A stretch of DNA of 63,116 nt, the filler included, from Reticulomyxa filosa (lineage: Eukaryota > Protista > Foraminifera): NCBI GenBank assembly GCA_000512085.1. It is 20 parts of 20 records of this genome, joined end to end, with 100 filler letters (N's around TTAATTAATTAA, not from the genome) between each part and the next. Parts side by side here need not be neighbours in the genome. Positions count along the whole stretch, not along the records: positions 1 to 2,813 come from ASPP01044266.1; positions 2,914 to 4,820 come from ASPP01004207.1; positions 4,921 to 6,000 come from ASPP01014538.1; positions 6,101 to 7,957 come from ASPP01046453.1; positions 8,058 to 13,381 come from ASPP01006003.1; 15 more parts are not named here. One strand, 5' to 3'. The notes under the pieces were generated by a model that saw only the letters and a list, made by a program, of their open reading frames with translations, searched no databases and had not been told where the DNA came from. The position numbers and the translations under genes are program-made. This document shows, in pieces, positions 1 to 13,481 of the stretch. Every line of letters begins with the position of its first letter. The first letter of the stretch is position 1.

Positions 1-75
1 TTTATATAATAATAATAAAATACAAAAATTGCACAATATTATGTGCAAAAAAAGTACGTATAAAAGTTATCTCTT

Positions 76-609
76 TTATTCTACTCCGTTTTTTTTTTTT
101 TTTTGAAAATAAATTAAGATTAAAAAAAAATTATTACCAACAATTATCCTCAGAACATTGACTAAAAGTGTTTTTCCATTGCTACTGCTAAACAGGATTT
201 GTGCATAGCATTGATAATGAACCCATCCATCTAAATGTTTGTGATTATTTACATAAACTCCAAAAGTTATCAAATCAGTTATCATTACAACAATTACAGA
301 AATAATTTCGTAAATGGTGAGCCCATCTTTTAAACATCGGTAATATTCATGATTTGATATTTGTTCGCTCCACTCTTTTATTATACCAAACCGACTTTCT
401 CTCAAATTCGAATGATTTCTCATTCTTATGGATATGTTAATTTCGTTGTTTCCAAAATAGTCCCTCTCGTCATAGGAGTTGCTTCGAGAAATCGATCTCG
501 CTAGAGTACTTGACAAAAGCACAAATGTAATAAAGCATTGCCAAGCAAGACCTAGCAAAACGATTGACCATGGTGTAAGATAAGCTTTTAACGCGTCTTC
601 ACACCCCAT
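76..609 (-). CDS. Membrane protein of unknown family, paralog 1 (3' partial; probably enters an intron near 137)
   Basis: MGCEDALKAYLTPWSIVLLGLAWQ...HYQCYAQILFSSSNGK aligns with the ORF at 1585-2496. GTAATAA followed by T/A runs marks a likely intron. Confidence 0.7.
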   Translation of the reverse strand: MGCEDALKAYLTPWSIVLLGLAWQCFITFVLLSSTLARSISRSNSYDERDYFGNNEINISIRMRNHSNLRESRFGIIKEWSEQISNHEYYRCLKDGLTIYEIISVIVVMITDLITFGVYVNNHKHLDGWVHYQCYAQILFSSSNGKTLLVNVLRIIVGNNFFLILIYFQKKKKNGVE

Positions 610-1584
610 TTAAACGTTTGCTTCTCTTTGCTTGAAAAGAAGTCCAATTTTTTTTAAGGGTTTTCAAGCTTAGAAAAACAAATAACGAGTTGATAAGCAA
701 TCCATTCAGTTTATATGATGAGATTAAGATTATTAATGATTATTTTGATAAAAACTGAATCTATTGAAAAAAAAAAGAGTCAATAGATGAAAAAAAAATT
801 TATTAATGATATTTAATTATATAACTACACTTGAGTTCACTTGTTGATATGATCATAGTCATGATCTTTGTTAATATTGAAATTCAAAAGCATGTTTATT
901 TTATTTAAATTGAAAATCAAAATTACATTTTTAGTTATATAAAAAAAAAGTTATTAGATTAACTTCTTAATCTGAGACAAATGTAAAAATTTTCAATCAT
1001 CTTGTAGAGCGACTCCAGATACTTTGCACAACACAATCCAACGGATATTTGCACTACTCCAGTTTCTTATTTACAAAAACGAAAACAATGATATACAATC
1101 CATTTTATTTAAATTTCCATTTTTAGTTAATCCATAATATACGTATTTTGTTTTTGGATAAATCATACGTATAATACAAACTCCAAAAAAATAAAGATAT
1201 TTTTTGATTGTTCACTTAATAGACGTATTGTAGAGATCAGTGAGTATTAAAATCAGATCTATATGCAGTCAAGTCTAACATGAGATTATTTACTTGGTGC
1301 CACTCCAAGAAGCAATATTCTTATCCATAACAACACTCAAATTAAAAAAAATTAATAACGTATAATATGTTATTTGTTAATTGTTTTGAAATTTTTGAGA
1401 AACATTGGGTCTACATTTTCACTCCAAGTTTTGTGGAGTCTTCTAATTTAAGAAAATTTTTTTAAAAAAATTTGTTGAATTATCAAAGATTTTCATGAAA
1501 TATGTTAAGAAATCAGATAACTTTGTTACCAAAATAAAAAAACAGAGTCATCATATTTTTTTCAAAAAAAAGAATTCAATATGT

Positions 1585-2496
1585 TTACAGCAGCATTGTA
1601 AAAAGTTGTAAAAATGAATGTGCTTGAGTCCAGAGATCTTCTGTATAATTGCTCCATGTCCTTTTATTCCACACCACTTCAATACTTGTCCACCAATTGG
1701 TGCCAGAATAAAATTCTGCAATTGCCAAAGCAAAAAATACACCTGCAAATGCGCCTATGATAGTTGAAGCAACGAAAGCTAAATTTGTAGCAAATGGTAT
1801 CTTCTTGACACACAGGCATTCAAGTAAAATTACTGTACCAACACTAAAAGCACATGCAAATACAACTACATAAATGGCAACGCCTGGTAATGCATGAGTT
1901 AATACTACTGGTGAATATAAACACATAATTGAGTAAAAAGTGAAATTATATAACACTGGCTTTCCTTTTGCAAAAATGTAATTATAGAACAGTGATTTTC
2001 CTTTTTCAAAAATAGGATGTCCATAAATACTCGCCCTCAGACTATAAAGCATTAATCTTTTTCCATTACTACTACTAAACAGTATTTGTGAATAACATTG
2101 ATAATGAGCCCACTCAGACAAATCCTTGTTTCCATTGCGATAACTTGCAAAAGCTATCATATCAGTTACTGCCACAATAATCATAGACACGATTTCGTAA
2201 CTGATGAAAAACATTTTAACACGTTGGTAATATCTATGCTTTGATATTCTCTGGCTCCATTTTTTTACTATATCAAATCGACTTTCTTTCGAAATCAAAG
2301 AATCACTTTCAGCACTTTTTGCGTCTGTAGATATTTCCTCAACTTTGTTATCTTCAAAATCGTCCTTTTCGTTAGTAATTGAAGTTGCTGCAGAGTCTGA
2401 CGCTAACACTAACATCAAAATGTATTGCCAAGTGAGACCAATCAATACAAGTGACCATGGTGTACGATAAGATTTCAATACTTTTTCACACCCCAT
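1585..2496 (-). CDS. Multi-pass membrane protein of unknown family, paralog 2
   Basis: 303-aa intact ORF with several hydrophobic segments; tandem paralog of 76-609; short internal repeat IFEKGKSLFYNY/IFAKGKPVLYNF. Confidence 0.75.
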   Translation of the reverse strand: MGCEKVLKSYRTPWSLVLIGLTWQYILMLVLASDSAATSITNEKDDFEDNKVEEISTDAKSAESDSLISKESRFDIVKKWSQRISKHRYYQRVKMFFISYEIVSMIIVAVTDMIAFASYRNGNKDLSEWAHYQCYSQILFSSSNGKRLMLYSLRASIYGHPIFEKGKSLFYNYIFAKGKPVLYNFTFYSIMCLYSPVVLTHALPGVAIYVVVFACAFSVGTVILLECLCVKKIPFATNLAFVASTIIGAFAGVFFALAIAEFYSGTNWWTSIEVVWNKRTWSNYTEDLWTQAHSFLQLFTMLL

Positions 2497-2813
2497 TTTA
2501 CGTCTCTTTCTGTTTTGTGAAAAGAAACTCTGCAGCTTTTTTTGAACAGTTAAGGGTAGTTTTAACTTAGAACCACAAAGATTACATCCATTAGTACAGC
2601 ATGATTAAGATTGTTAAAGAAAAGACTTTTTTTAAAACTGCGTCTTGCAGTTGTTTCAGTTTTTAACAAAAATAAAGAGTCAATAATTGGAAAAAAATGT
2701 GATTTACATTAATGATGTATACATTTTTCAAAATTGAGTCCAATCAATATAATCCTTTCAATTTAATATAATTCAAAGATGGTGTTCCCATTCAACATAC
2801 TGAAAAAATTGAA

Positions 2814-2913
2814 NNNNNNNNNNNNNNNNNNNNNNNNNNNNNNNNNNNNNNNNNNNNTTAATTAATTAANNNNNNNNNNNNNNNNNNNNNNNNNNNNNNN
2901 NNNNNNNNNNNNN
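2814..2913. other. Artificial contig-joining spacer (first of 19)
   Basis: 44 N + TTAATTAATTAA (stops in all six frames) + 44 N. Identical spacers start at 2814, 4821, 6001, 7958, 13382, 18642, 20253, 22278, 24847, 26150, 27787, 30971, 34357, 46836, 50766, 55219, 58210, 60024 and 61124. Confidence 0.98.
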
Positions 2914-3012
2914 AAGAATAAAAACAAGAAGAGCAAAAAAAAAAAAAAAAAAAAAAAATGGAAATAGATATTAAATCGCACGCACGTCGATATAGAAAAA
3001 GCAAAAAAAGAA

Positions 3013-4775
3013 ATGGACTCGAAGACAGAGGAGCAAATGAAAATGAAAGAGCAAATAAATTGGAAAGAGAAGCAAATATTGGAAAAAGATAACGAGATAA
3101 AGAAGAAGCGTTGGCACAATGACCAGGAGTTGTTGAAGATCCGTGCAGACGTGGAAGGTATGAAGAACGATTTGAGCGACAAAGAGAAGCAGTTGTTGTC
3201 GCGTTACGATCAATTGGCGAAGATGTTGCAAGAGGAGAATGAAAAGCTGTCTCAATACTGCGAGCAGTTGAGTCACGACTATAAGCATTTATTGCGACAA
3301 AGCAATAATAAAGAAGAGCAAAAAGAGCAAAGAGGACAAATTAAAGGTGTAAATACATCATCGTCATCATCAGCAGCAGCAGCAGCATCATTAGCATCAT
3401 TAGCATCATCAGCATCATTAGCATCATCAGCAGCATCATCATCATCGACATCAACATCGACATCAACATCAGCGTCATCGTCAGCATCATCGTCAGCATC
3501 ATCATTATTACCATCGCCATCACAATTATCATCATCATCATCATCATTAATATCAACATCAACATTATCATTATATCCTTTTAGCATAGCCAAAATACTT
3601 CATAGATCTCGTTGTCATACCGGTGCGATTTGGAGTATGGACTACGCGTCGTTCGAGGGCGCACACTACCTATGCTCGGGGTCGCCAGACCAGCTGGTCC
3701 GCGTGTGGAATTTGGAGACGAACAAGATGTCCAAGTTCATAAGCAACAATCCGAGTTGCGTGTACTATACCAAGTTTTCGCCGTATCACAGCACGAGGAG
3801 TCTGACAGTGTGTTCGGCGTCGTTTGATAAGAGCATTCGCTTTTGGGATTACTCGAGTGGCAGGGTGGTGCAGACGTTGGACGGACATACCAATGGCGTG
3901 GCCGGCATTCACTTTTCTCCTTTTGCGCAAGGACGCTATCTGTGTTCCGGGTCGTACGATACGACCATCCGTCTGTGGGACGTGGCAACGTCCACCACAT
4001 TGCATGTGTTCAATGGACACAAAGGATGCGTATGGAGGACTGAGTTTTCACCATTGCAGACGAGCAGCAGTAATAATAATGGTGGTGGTGGTGGTGGTGT
4101 CCATAATAATAATAATAATGATAATAATAATAAAAATAACAATAACAATAACAATAACAACAACAACAACAACAACAATAACAACAACAACAACAATAAC
4201 GATAATAATATTGGAATACTTGGGGGCAGTGGGTATACCATTTGCTCGGCCTCACACGATCGCTCGATTCGCCTATGGGATGTCGAGACGGCCGAACAGT
4301 TGCTCGTGTTGGAGGGACATGATGACGCGGTTAAGAGTGTGAAGTACTCGCCATTCACCACGGCCGTCCCTGGCGGAGGCCACACCGTCTTGTCCGGCTC
4401 TCAAGCAAAACCGTTCGATTGTGGGATCTTCGGTCCGCCAAAGAGGCGTGCGTGTTCAAAGGACATACTCACAATGTCTACTGCGTCGACTTTGTGCCCA
4501 CATACGTCTCGTGCAATGGCATACCCTTCAACGCCGCTGCGAACATGATCTGCTCCGGGTCTTACGACAACACCATCCATTTTTGGGATATTCGCTATCA
4601 CAAACCCTTGTTCGTCATCACCAATCAAAACAAAGATGCAGGTATCTGCTCTTTTCAATTCTTGCCTCCACAAATCAAGACCATTTGGAACAAACTACGT
4701 CAGTCCGACTCGGCCGATTGTGGCTTCTTGCTTTTCTATGGGTCTACAAAGGGTCGCGTTTGTGTCTTGGGCTGA
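3013..4775 (+). CDS. Coiled-coil + WD40-repeat protein (5' probably partial; 1-nt frameshift near 4405)
   Basis: Repeated GH...SGSYDTTIRLWD motifs; poly-S and poly-N inserts. The SGSQ(D)KTVRLWD motif is split between ORFs 3013-4548 and 4419-4775. Confidence 0.9.
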
Positions 4776-5395
4776 TTACTTTTTTTTTTTCTTTTTTTTT
4801 TACACTTTTTCCTTCCTCTCNNNNNNNNNNNNNNNNNNNNNNNNNNNNNNNNNNNNNNNNNNNNTTAATTAATTAANNNNNNNNNNNNNNNNNNNNNNNN
4901 NNNNNNNNNNNNNNNNNNNNAAAAAAATAATAAGGATTTTTTGAAATCCTAGCAAATATGCTAAAAAGCTCTTGTTTTTTTTTTGACACTACGCTTGTTT
5001 GTATTAATGTGAAAATTGTTTCATTTTGCTTTGAATCTGTTACAAATAAAATGATGACAGTAAAAGACACCACAATTGATTAAATTTTTGGGGTTGATTA
5101 CAATTGTAGCAAAATTAATTTTGTCAATTAAATTAAATAATATAATCAAAAAATTGTGCACTCCAAAATTTGTTTACTCCATTTTAAATGTACTTTCCAG
5201 AACATCATAATTAAGATTGACACAACATATTACGAATTCTTTGTTTGGATCACACAAAAATAACAAAAGAAACAATCTTTAAAGCCGACAGTTTTCCTGG
5301 AGTGACACGAAGAGAACAAAAACGTCTAGAGGGAAAAAAGTTGATGAATTAAGCAAAATTTTTCAGTGTCATAATAGTAACTATTATTGAAAACA

Positions 5396-5910
5396 ATGAA
5401 ACAAAATGTGGTTGGTGACTCTTTGTTGTTAAATGGAAGAAAAAACATGAAAAAAAAGTTACGTGAAGAGAATGTAGAACGAGGAGAGCAGAAGCTCCAT
5501 TCTGCTGGAGGGACGAAAATAGAATCGCCAGTAAAAACATCGTTGCCCAGTACTAAGTTATATTTAAAGTACATCCCTCCAAATTTGCGTGAAAGAGTGT
5601 CCCAAGTGGTCGAAGCAGAAGTGTTGCGACGAGTAAATGAGCAAACGGACAAACAGTTTTGCGGAAGCTGTTTTTTTTTTGTTTTGTTTTAAACGCTAAC
5701 AAACATATAATAACAAGTTGAAATGGCCAAACATTGACAAAAGCATGAGAACAGTACGAAGTTACGTTCAAGAGATAGATGAACAATTGCGAGAAGCGCA
5801 AAAAACAATTCAGGAACTCCAAAAGAGCCATGACGAAGACTTTGCCACCATTTCGCATCAAAAGTCATCGCTTCAAGTGATCCGTGCAAAGTGCAACCAA
5901 TACAAAGTTT
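5396..5910 (+). CDS. Hypothetical coiled-coil protein, spliced and 3' partial
   Basis: Two ORFs separated by an intron-like T-rich gap ending AACAAG at 5717; heptad-like EIDEQLREAQKTIQELQK. Confidence 0.5.
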
Positions 5911-8057
5911 TTTTTTTGAACCAAAAAAAAAAAAAAAAAACTATATATATATATGTATATAAATTTTTTACAGAGTGCAAGGGGAATGCAGGAAAAAAAA
6001 NNNNNNNNNNNNNNNNNNNNNNNNNNNNNNNNNNNNNNNNNNNNTTAATTAATTAANNNNNNNNNNNNNNNNNNNNNNNNNNNNNNNNNNNNNNNNNNNN
6101 TTTTTTTTTTCAACTGCGTTTTTCCGGTTTTTTTTTTGTCACCTTTACTCATAACTGAGTACTACATAAATTACAGTCTTGTGAAAAAAAAGCAGTGTTT
6201 TTGTATGGTTTTTTTTTAAATTAAAACTTTGACTAGCATCTTGTAAAGGAAAATCGCGTATCAAAAAAATGTCTTTTTTTTTCAGCATATCGTTTCAAGG
6301 AATTTTTTTAAGATTTTGTCAAAAGTGTTGGTCGAAATATGAAGACTCAATTCAACCAGAAAAAATGCATTTGAAAAACTTGCGGAAAAAAGAAATTAAA
6401 AAATATTTACTTGGTGAGATGAGTCATAAAACAATTAAACAAAAAAGTGAAAAAAACAAAAATAAAAAACATTCACACTAGAAGTGAAGTGTTTATTTCT
6501 CAATTTTTTTTTTTAAACACCAGATCAAATGTGTGTCAAAATCAAATCATGGACATCAAACAAGGAAACAAAATCCTGTTGAAGAGTTGGATGCAACGAA
6601 AGAAAAATTAAAGCGACATTACCAAGCACAACACAATTATTTGATGATCCTGAACAATCCATCGATACTTGCTTGTGTGTGTGCATTTCAGCATAAGGAA
6701 GTAAAGAGAGACGGAGGTATATGAAAAAAGGAAAAGAGAATCTGAGGAAAATTTTGTTTGTGAAATTGTGTTTTTTGAGAACAGAAAACAAAAATGTGAA
6801 AAAATTATTAAACCCAAAATTTCTTGAAAAAAGAGACGTATTACATGAAAATGGCAATTATTAGTATGGAGAAAGGTTGTTACATTTTTTAGAAAATTAG
6901 GGACCTCAAATACGATTATATAAATTTGTTTTTGTTTGTACAAATATTTTGGATATGTTTTTTTGTAAATACTGCTTGTTCTAGCGATTGTCCCATGATC
7001 GCTAATATAAAAAGTGTTAAATCCAGTGTCTGAATGGCCATTATTTTTATTGTCTTGCTTTTATTCCCAACAAGCGCAAATCTCTTGCAAGGATTAGAAT
7101 AAGAGATTAATACCACCAACGTATAAAAGGCCATTGCTCAGAGGATAGTCCCCATATTTCAAAAGAGTACTGTTTTCTCTTCACTTGTTTGTAGCGTCGG
7201 CTGCTGATCTTTTTCGCATTAACACCATTGAGTTTGTTTGTCTCCTTTTCATTTGCTACACTTGACGAGGGATGAGATTGTTTCAACATTTGCAATAGAA
7301 ACACATGCAGCAAGTTTTTTTATTTTGTTTTAGCCTGTTGGCGTCCCTGTTCCCTCTTTCAAAATGTAATACTATTGAAATATTTGTTTTCAAATCTTAA
7401 AATAATCTCAATTCCAAAAAATCAATAAAACTATTACAAATGTAAAATTCTCTTTTCTTTAAATGAAAATGTTATTTGCATTATCTAAGACTTGTCTTTT
7501 TTTTTTCGATATCAAATCTTATTCCGACTAAACGACAATGAATAGTTATTGGAACATTTTTTTCTTTTTTTATTGATATTTGGTCTGTGTATTCTATTGT
7601 TTCGCTTGTTTGCTTGAACCAGTTCCCCTTTTCAGACTTTTTTTTCCAAAGATGCAACACTTGATAAATCTGACTATTTTGGCCTTTCTACTTCTCACAC
7701 ATAAAGTATCAGCCAATGCCTCTTGCTTTGGCCCTGACTTTTGACACTGTTCTGAGCCGATCAAACCTACCGACTAAAGCTCGCCGATACACTAAATATT
7801 GGTGACGGTCGTTAAAGCATATTTGACAGTAGTTATCCATTGGAACAATTTTCTTTTCAGAGGGATAATATTCTATTTGAATAAGGTTAGGGAATTGAGA
7901 ATAAAATTAGAGACGGTTAATTATAAAATCGTGGATAAACAATATCACATGGACAGANNNNNNNNNNNNNNNNNNNNNNNNNNNNNNNNNNNNNNNNNNN
8001 NTTAATTAATTAANNNNNNNNNNNNNNNNNNNNNNNNNNNNNNNNNNNNNNNNNNNN

Positions 8058-11000
8058 CTTCTCCTTCTCCTTCTCCTTCTCCTTTTTCTTCTTCTTCTTT
8101 TCCTCTTCGTCCTCGTGTTCGTTCTCATCCTTCTTTTCCTTGGGGAGCATGTCTTGATCTTCGTTCATGGGACTAAGCTGGGAAGGAATAAAAAGAGCAG
8201 CAGGCGGTTGATGGGAATGAGTGGGGCCATCTCCGGTCTTTTCTTTAAAAATATCTTCCACTTCCTTTTCATCAATTTTGTATTCTTCGTGTTTGCCGGA
8301 CTCATCTCGCCTGCTTTCAGCGTTTTCTTTCGCCTCCATTTCTTCTTCGTACAGATTTTGGATGACTTTTTTTTTTTTAATAATAAAAAAAAAAATAATA
8401 ATGATAATAATAATAATAATAATTAGTTTTGGATAAGACAAAAGTATGGGGAAAAAAAACAAATAATACCAGCAAGACAAAGGTTGACAGCGAAAAAGCC
8501 AACAACAAAAGTAATAACATAGAAATAGATCCACGTCCAGGGACTGACTGCGTATTTCACGCGGAACATGAGATCGGCCCAACCTTGGAGTGTGATCGCC
8601 ACAAATACGGTTAGTGTGGACGCTGCGAAATTGTCAAACGAAGACAAGCCACTTTCAATTTATTTGAGTGGTATATACATATAATACATATATATGTATA
8701 CGTATATGTACTTATGTTTATTTGTAACATTTCAATCATCATAAAAATATTTTTAAAAAAAAAAAAAAATACCTGTTTGGATTTGGAGCCACGTCCAGAC
8801 AATAAGGATATGCCGAAGGACAGGCATGCGACTTGTGGACAGGGTGGACGTTGGGACAGTAATAAGTGTCGGGGAGCCATAGCGTGGCGTTTTGTTTCCA
8901 ATCCAGATGTTGAAGCTGCGCCAGCGGCAAGGCAAAGCACTGCTGATGAAGCGCGCCGGAAAACATTTGCGTGGCGACAATCGCGAAAGTGATCATGAGA
9001 AACAACAGCAGCAAGCTGACATCAGCTAGACTTTTGAACGACCGCAGAATCGTTCCGATCAACATGCGCAGCGGCCTTAGCTTGGTCACGGTGCGTGCCG
9101 AGCGCAAAGGCTTTAACACACGCAGCATACGTACACTGGTGACATGACTGCCTTGCATTCCAAGTGAGAGCCAACTGGTGACGACTATTAAAAAATCCAA
9201 AATATTCCATCCATTTTGAAAATATCCAACATATTCTTGTTCTTGTTGTTGTTGTTCTTGTTGTTGTTGTTGTTGTTGTTCTTGTTCTTGTGATGTTTGG
9301 TATTGCCGTGTTGGCTTTGACATTGGCTCATTTTCACCCCCTTCGTCGTCTTCGTTCTCTTCCTCTTCGCCATGGCCATTCGTGTTTGCGCACTTGGACG
9401 TGTGTCTGTACTGTGAATGCAACGAAGCGGCACTGGACATTGGCGTCTTGGACTCGACTTTTCTTTTGCTTCCATCGATATTGTCACTCACGCTCTCCTC
9501 TCCTTTTCCCTCTCGATTGTGTTGCGTGTCCCACAATCCGAAGGCCAGCCACTTCATTACCATTTCCAATGTGAAGATTATCACAAACACGAGATCCGAT
9601 GTGTTTTGGACTCTGTTTTGTTTTGCGTTAGCTTATTGTTTGCAATATATGTATATGTATGTATGTGTATGTATATGTGTGTATATGTGTGTATGTTTGA
9701 CAGTGCACAATGTTGTATTGATTTCGAATAGCTCCGTCAACACACACACACATACACATGTACTCACCGTGGACGAATTGCATTTGGGTATTTGGGTTGC
9801 TCCATGGCGATGAAGACGCAATTGGCGATGATGATGCATAGGATGAAGTAATCAAACAAAGTTGTGTTCACAATGTTGACACGGAGCCATCGACGAAAGC
9901 GATGAAAGGCGATACAACATTTGTTTCTACTGCTCCATATTGTATATTGTGTACTGAGCGTTTGACAGCAATTCCATTCATTATCTTTTTCTTTATCTTT
10001 GTCATTGTCTTTATCTTTTGTCTTTTTTTTGTGCTCATCTGTTTTGTCTTGGTCATCTTTCCATAATCTTGTGTTTGTGTTTGTCACTACTCCTCCTCCT
10101 CCGTTCATCTGTGATTGTGAATTTCTTTTGTATCATTTTCTCCATCAGTATATATGGAATATATACACGCATTATGTGCACATGTTTTTGAAACCCAGTC
10201 AAAACAAACACAGTTTATTGTCGGGACACATTCCATATGTCGTCACATAAACACACGAACACGACGTAGATTTTTAACCTTTGCACGCAATTTGCATGCA
10301 TCGGATTTGAGTACCCTTCCGATATGCCCGCTTGCAGTCCGTCCTGTCTTTGTCTCTCTTGTCTGCTATCCTCTTCCTTTTTGTTCCACGTCTCATTTAT
10401 TTTTTCGTCATCTTCAATTTCTATCGTCATCTCTTCTTCTTGTTTTAGTACGTCGTTATTGTTATCATTGTTATTGTTATCATTGTTATTGTTATCATTG
10501 TTATTGTTATCATTGTTGTTGTTATCATTGTTATTGTTGTTGGCAGACATGTCCGTATGTGCGTGGTAGTCTTGTGATCGCAGTGAATTGCCGGTAATAA
10601 TTTCCACTTGCGTGACACAATTGTCGAACGCTTGATCTTGCTCTTGCTTCTTCTTATTCTTCTTCTTTTGCTCTTCACCTGGCTCTTGCTCCATCCCACT
10701 GTCGCTATGGATCGACATTTGCACCAGATTTGCCGCCAATCTTTGATTGGCTCTTGACGAAGGAGATGCAAGATTTTCCGTGCTTGATATTTCGATTGTC
10801 GACTTTACTACTGTTCCTGTGAGAAGCACTTCATTTCCATTTTTAAATGGTCCTGTTTGTGCTTTTGTGGTCATTACAAAAGTTTCAATCCACACACACA
10901 CACATACATACATACATAATACAATATATTCCCTTTTACTATTTAATCATTAATCTCTGCTTTTGTGTGTGTGTGTGTGTGTGTGTGTTAAAGTAAAGTA

Positions 11001-12062
11001 TCGCTAATGGTTTAAATTGTGATAGACCACATAAAACAACAGCGCAATGGACCCCCCTCAAGTGGTAGGTACATGTTCGTGTTTGTATATGCATATCGGG
11101 ACAATCAGAAACTAAATATACGTACATATACATATACATATATATATATGTGTAATTGCATACGACAAAACATACTGTGATGTGAGTTAGTATCCGAGTC
11201 GGTGACAATGCTCGACCCCGAAGGCATTTTGTTAAAGTACGCATTTTTACCGTGGTTTGTGGTAGTGTAAGTGAGCCAGCTGTTGGAGCGTGTGGATCCA
11301 CTCAGGGCGGTGTTTTGACATGGCTCCACGGTGCTTTGGTTCGTCGGCTTTCCAGTAGTTGTTTCGCTATCGCTCATCCACTCTTTTTCTTTTATCATGT
11401 CTGACGCTTTCTCCTCCTTCTCAAGGGCAATCTCCACTGCCTCTGAGTGATGGTCGTTATTATACACCATCTCGTTTCCATTCATATCGGCATTGGTTTT
11501 AACATTGGTGTTGATCTTTTCATTTACATTTACATTTATATTTATATTTATATTTACATTTGCATTTGCATTTGCATTTGCATTTGCATTTGCATTTGCA
11601 TTTGCATCTTCATTTACATCTGCGTTCACGTTCATGGCTTCGTCCTTTTGTGAATCTGTTCGTATTATCATTGTCTTTGACGTCGGGCTGGGGACCGTCT
11701 GGTGTTGCGGGTCCAGCTTGCCTAGGTTATCTTCGCTGCTTATCCCCCCCAAATTATCTTCTCGTTCATTGTTTTCATTTCCAACACTAACGGAAGACGA
11801 GTCCTTTGGACTCACGTTCATGCTTGCTATGTCCCCGTCTTGTGTTTCCAAATTCTGTTTGTTTTGTTTGTATTATCATTATTATTTACGATAATTGTCA
11901 TCGTTGTTCTCACTGTTAATGTTGTTGTTGCTGTTGTTCACGTTCACATACTGTATCGGGCGACGCCCAGTGAACGGTATGTATTTGTTTGCCTTTTGCT
12001 GGTTGCTCAAAAAGTGTCATCAGTGGTTGTGCTTCGCCTGAGTGAGAAGATTCGTTATCCAT
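8058..12062 (-). CDS. Voltage-gated cation (Cav/Nav/Cch1-like) channel, long N-terminus plus first 6-TM domain; multi-exon, 3' partial
   Basis: S1 [19 protein letters not shown]; S2 [14 protein letters not shown]; S3 [15 protein letters not shown]; S4 [13 protein letters not shown]; S5 [11 protein letters not shown]; pore SFDNF...AITLQGW; S6 [10 protein letters not shown]. Likely ATG at 12062. Confidence 0.88.
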
Positions 12063-12760
12063 CCTAGTTTCCTTTTTGGCAATATGCCAAAAGCAGGAAG
12101 AAAAAAAACTTTAGAACAACGTCCGTTCTAATCTTACTTCTTTTTATATCAAACATATAAATTAAAAAAGAAATAAATTGTAAAATTTTTTACGTAATTT
12201 TTCTTTTTTTTGATATTGACAATATTGTGAAAACTGCAAAAACAAATTGTTCCTAGCTTAAAGATACATAGTATTACAAGAAAAAATAGTAATTCATTGT
12301 GTTTGTCGATGTAACAGCAAATAAATATTCAAACGAACATCAGTAAATTAACAATGAAATGTTGCCAATATAAATAAAAAGAAAGAAACACAAACGAAAA
12401 ACTGTTTCAAGTTCTGGATTAATGATGATCCCTGATAGGGCGGGATGTCAATAGTAATAATGATGTCATATCTTGATACAATTTTCTTTTATCCAACAAA
12501 AATAGTGCCAAAAAGAAATGTCTCCTGACATTGTTTGGAAATTAAAAACTATGTAAACAACCAACAACAACAAAAAAAACAATTAACTGGCTTATTCTAT
12601 TATTGTTGTTAGCCCTCCCCCTTGACCCCGCATAATTGTGAAGCCCATACTTGACACTCAATAAGTTGGTGAACATGGCCCCCCCCTTAATACTTAATCA
12701 ATCATCGAAAGAAAGAGAAGAAGGAAAAAACAATAATAAATTATTATGATTAAAAGAGTA

Positions 12761-13293
12761 CTACGAGAACAAGCTGCCCCAAAAGCTCTTATTCTCTTGT
12801 TTTTGCACGGGCGATCTTTCATTTTTGTTTTCTTTTTCTTTGACGTTATCAGTGTTTTGTTCGCACACTTGTTCTTGACTTTTTTGAAAAGATAATTTTT
12901 GGACATTCATTTTGCTTCCAAAAGTGTCATCCCACTCAGTTAGTTTTTTCAACGAGTTTTTGGTGTAACTGGGCTTGACATTGGCCAAAGCCTCTTTGAA
13001 GTGACTGAAGGTGACTGGAGGGATGTCTTTTCTTCTAGTACTTGCATTCCAAGATCGCGAACGGGGCCCATGGCAGCATCACTGACCAAGTTGTTGATGT
13101 CACTCGCGGAATATCCATCTGTCAACTCGATCAATTCCTTCATTTCTGATTTGCTCAATTTGTAATGTAAATCCTTGCCCAGAGTCTTTTTTATTATAAA
13201 TTCTCTTTGTTCGGGGCCAGGCAATGGCACCATTATACGTTTTTGAAAGCGTCGAAGAACGGCTTCGTCCAACTCCCAAGGCACATTTGTGGC
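12761..13293 (-). CDS. Spastin/fidgetin/katanin-family AAA ATPase, C-terminal exon (frameshift near 13030)
   Basis: PWELDEAVLRRFQKRIMVPLP, GYSASDI, DAAMGPVRDL, then a Vps4_C-like FKEALANVKPS...EWDDTFGS in a shifted frame. Confidence 0.88.
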
Positions 13294-13481
13294 GCTGTTT
13301 ATTTTTTATTTTATTTTATTATTTATTTTTTTTTTTTGGCTATTGTAATGGACAACTAATGGAAAGTATGCAATTAAAAAANNNNNNNNNNNNNNNNNNN
13401 NNNNNNNNNNNNNNNNNNNNNNNNNTTAATTAATTAANNNNNNNNNNNNNNNNNNNNNNNNNNNNNNNNNNNNNNNNNNNN

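Noticed and set aside
3279-4385. Antisense and alternate-frame ORFs (poly-M, poly-L, poly-C/Y/H)
   Set aside because: Shadows of trinucleotide repeats in real genes; the same applies at 10154-11894, 18686-20207 and 28298-30233.
6101-7957. Short ORFs as genes
   Set aside because: Fragmented and without recognisable motifs; possibly decayed genes, but not supportable.
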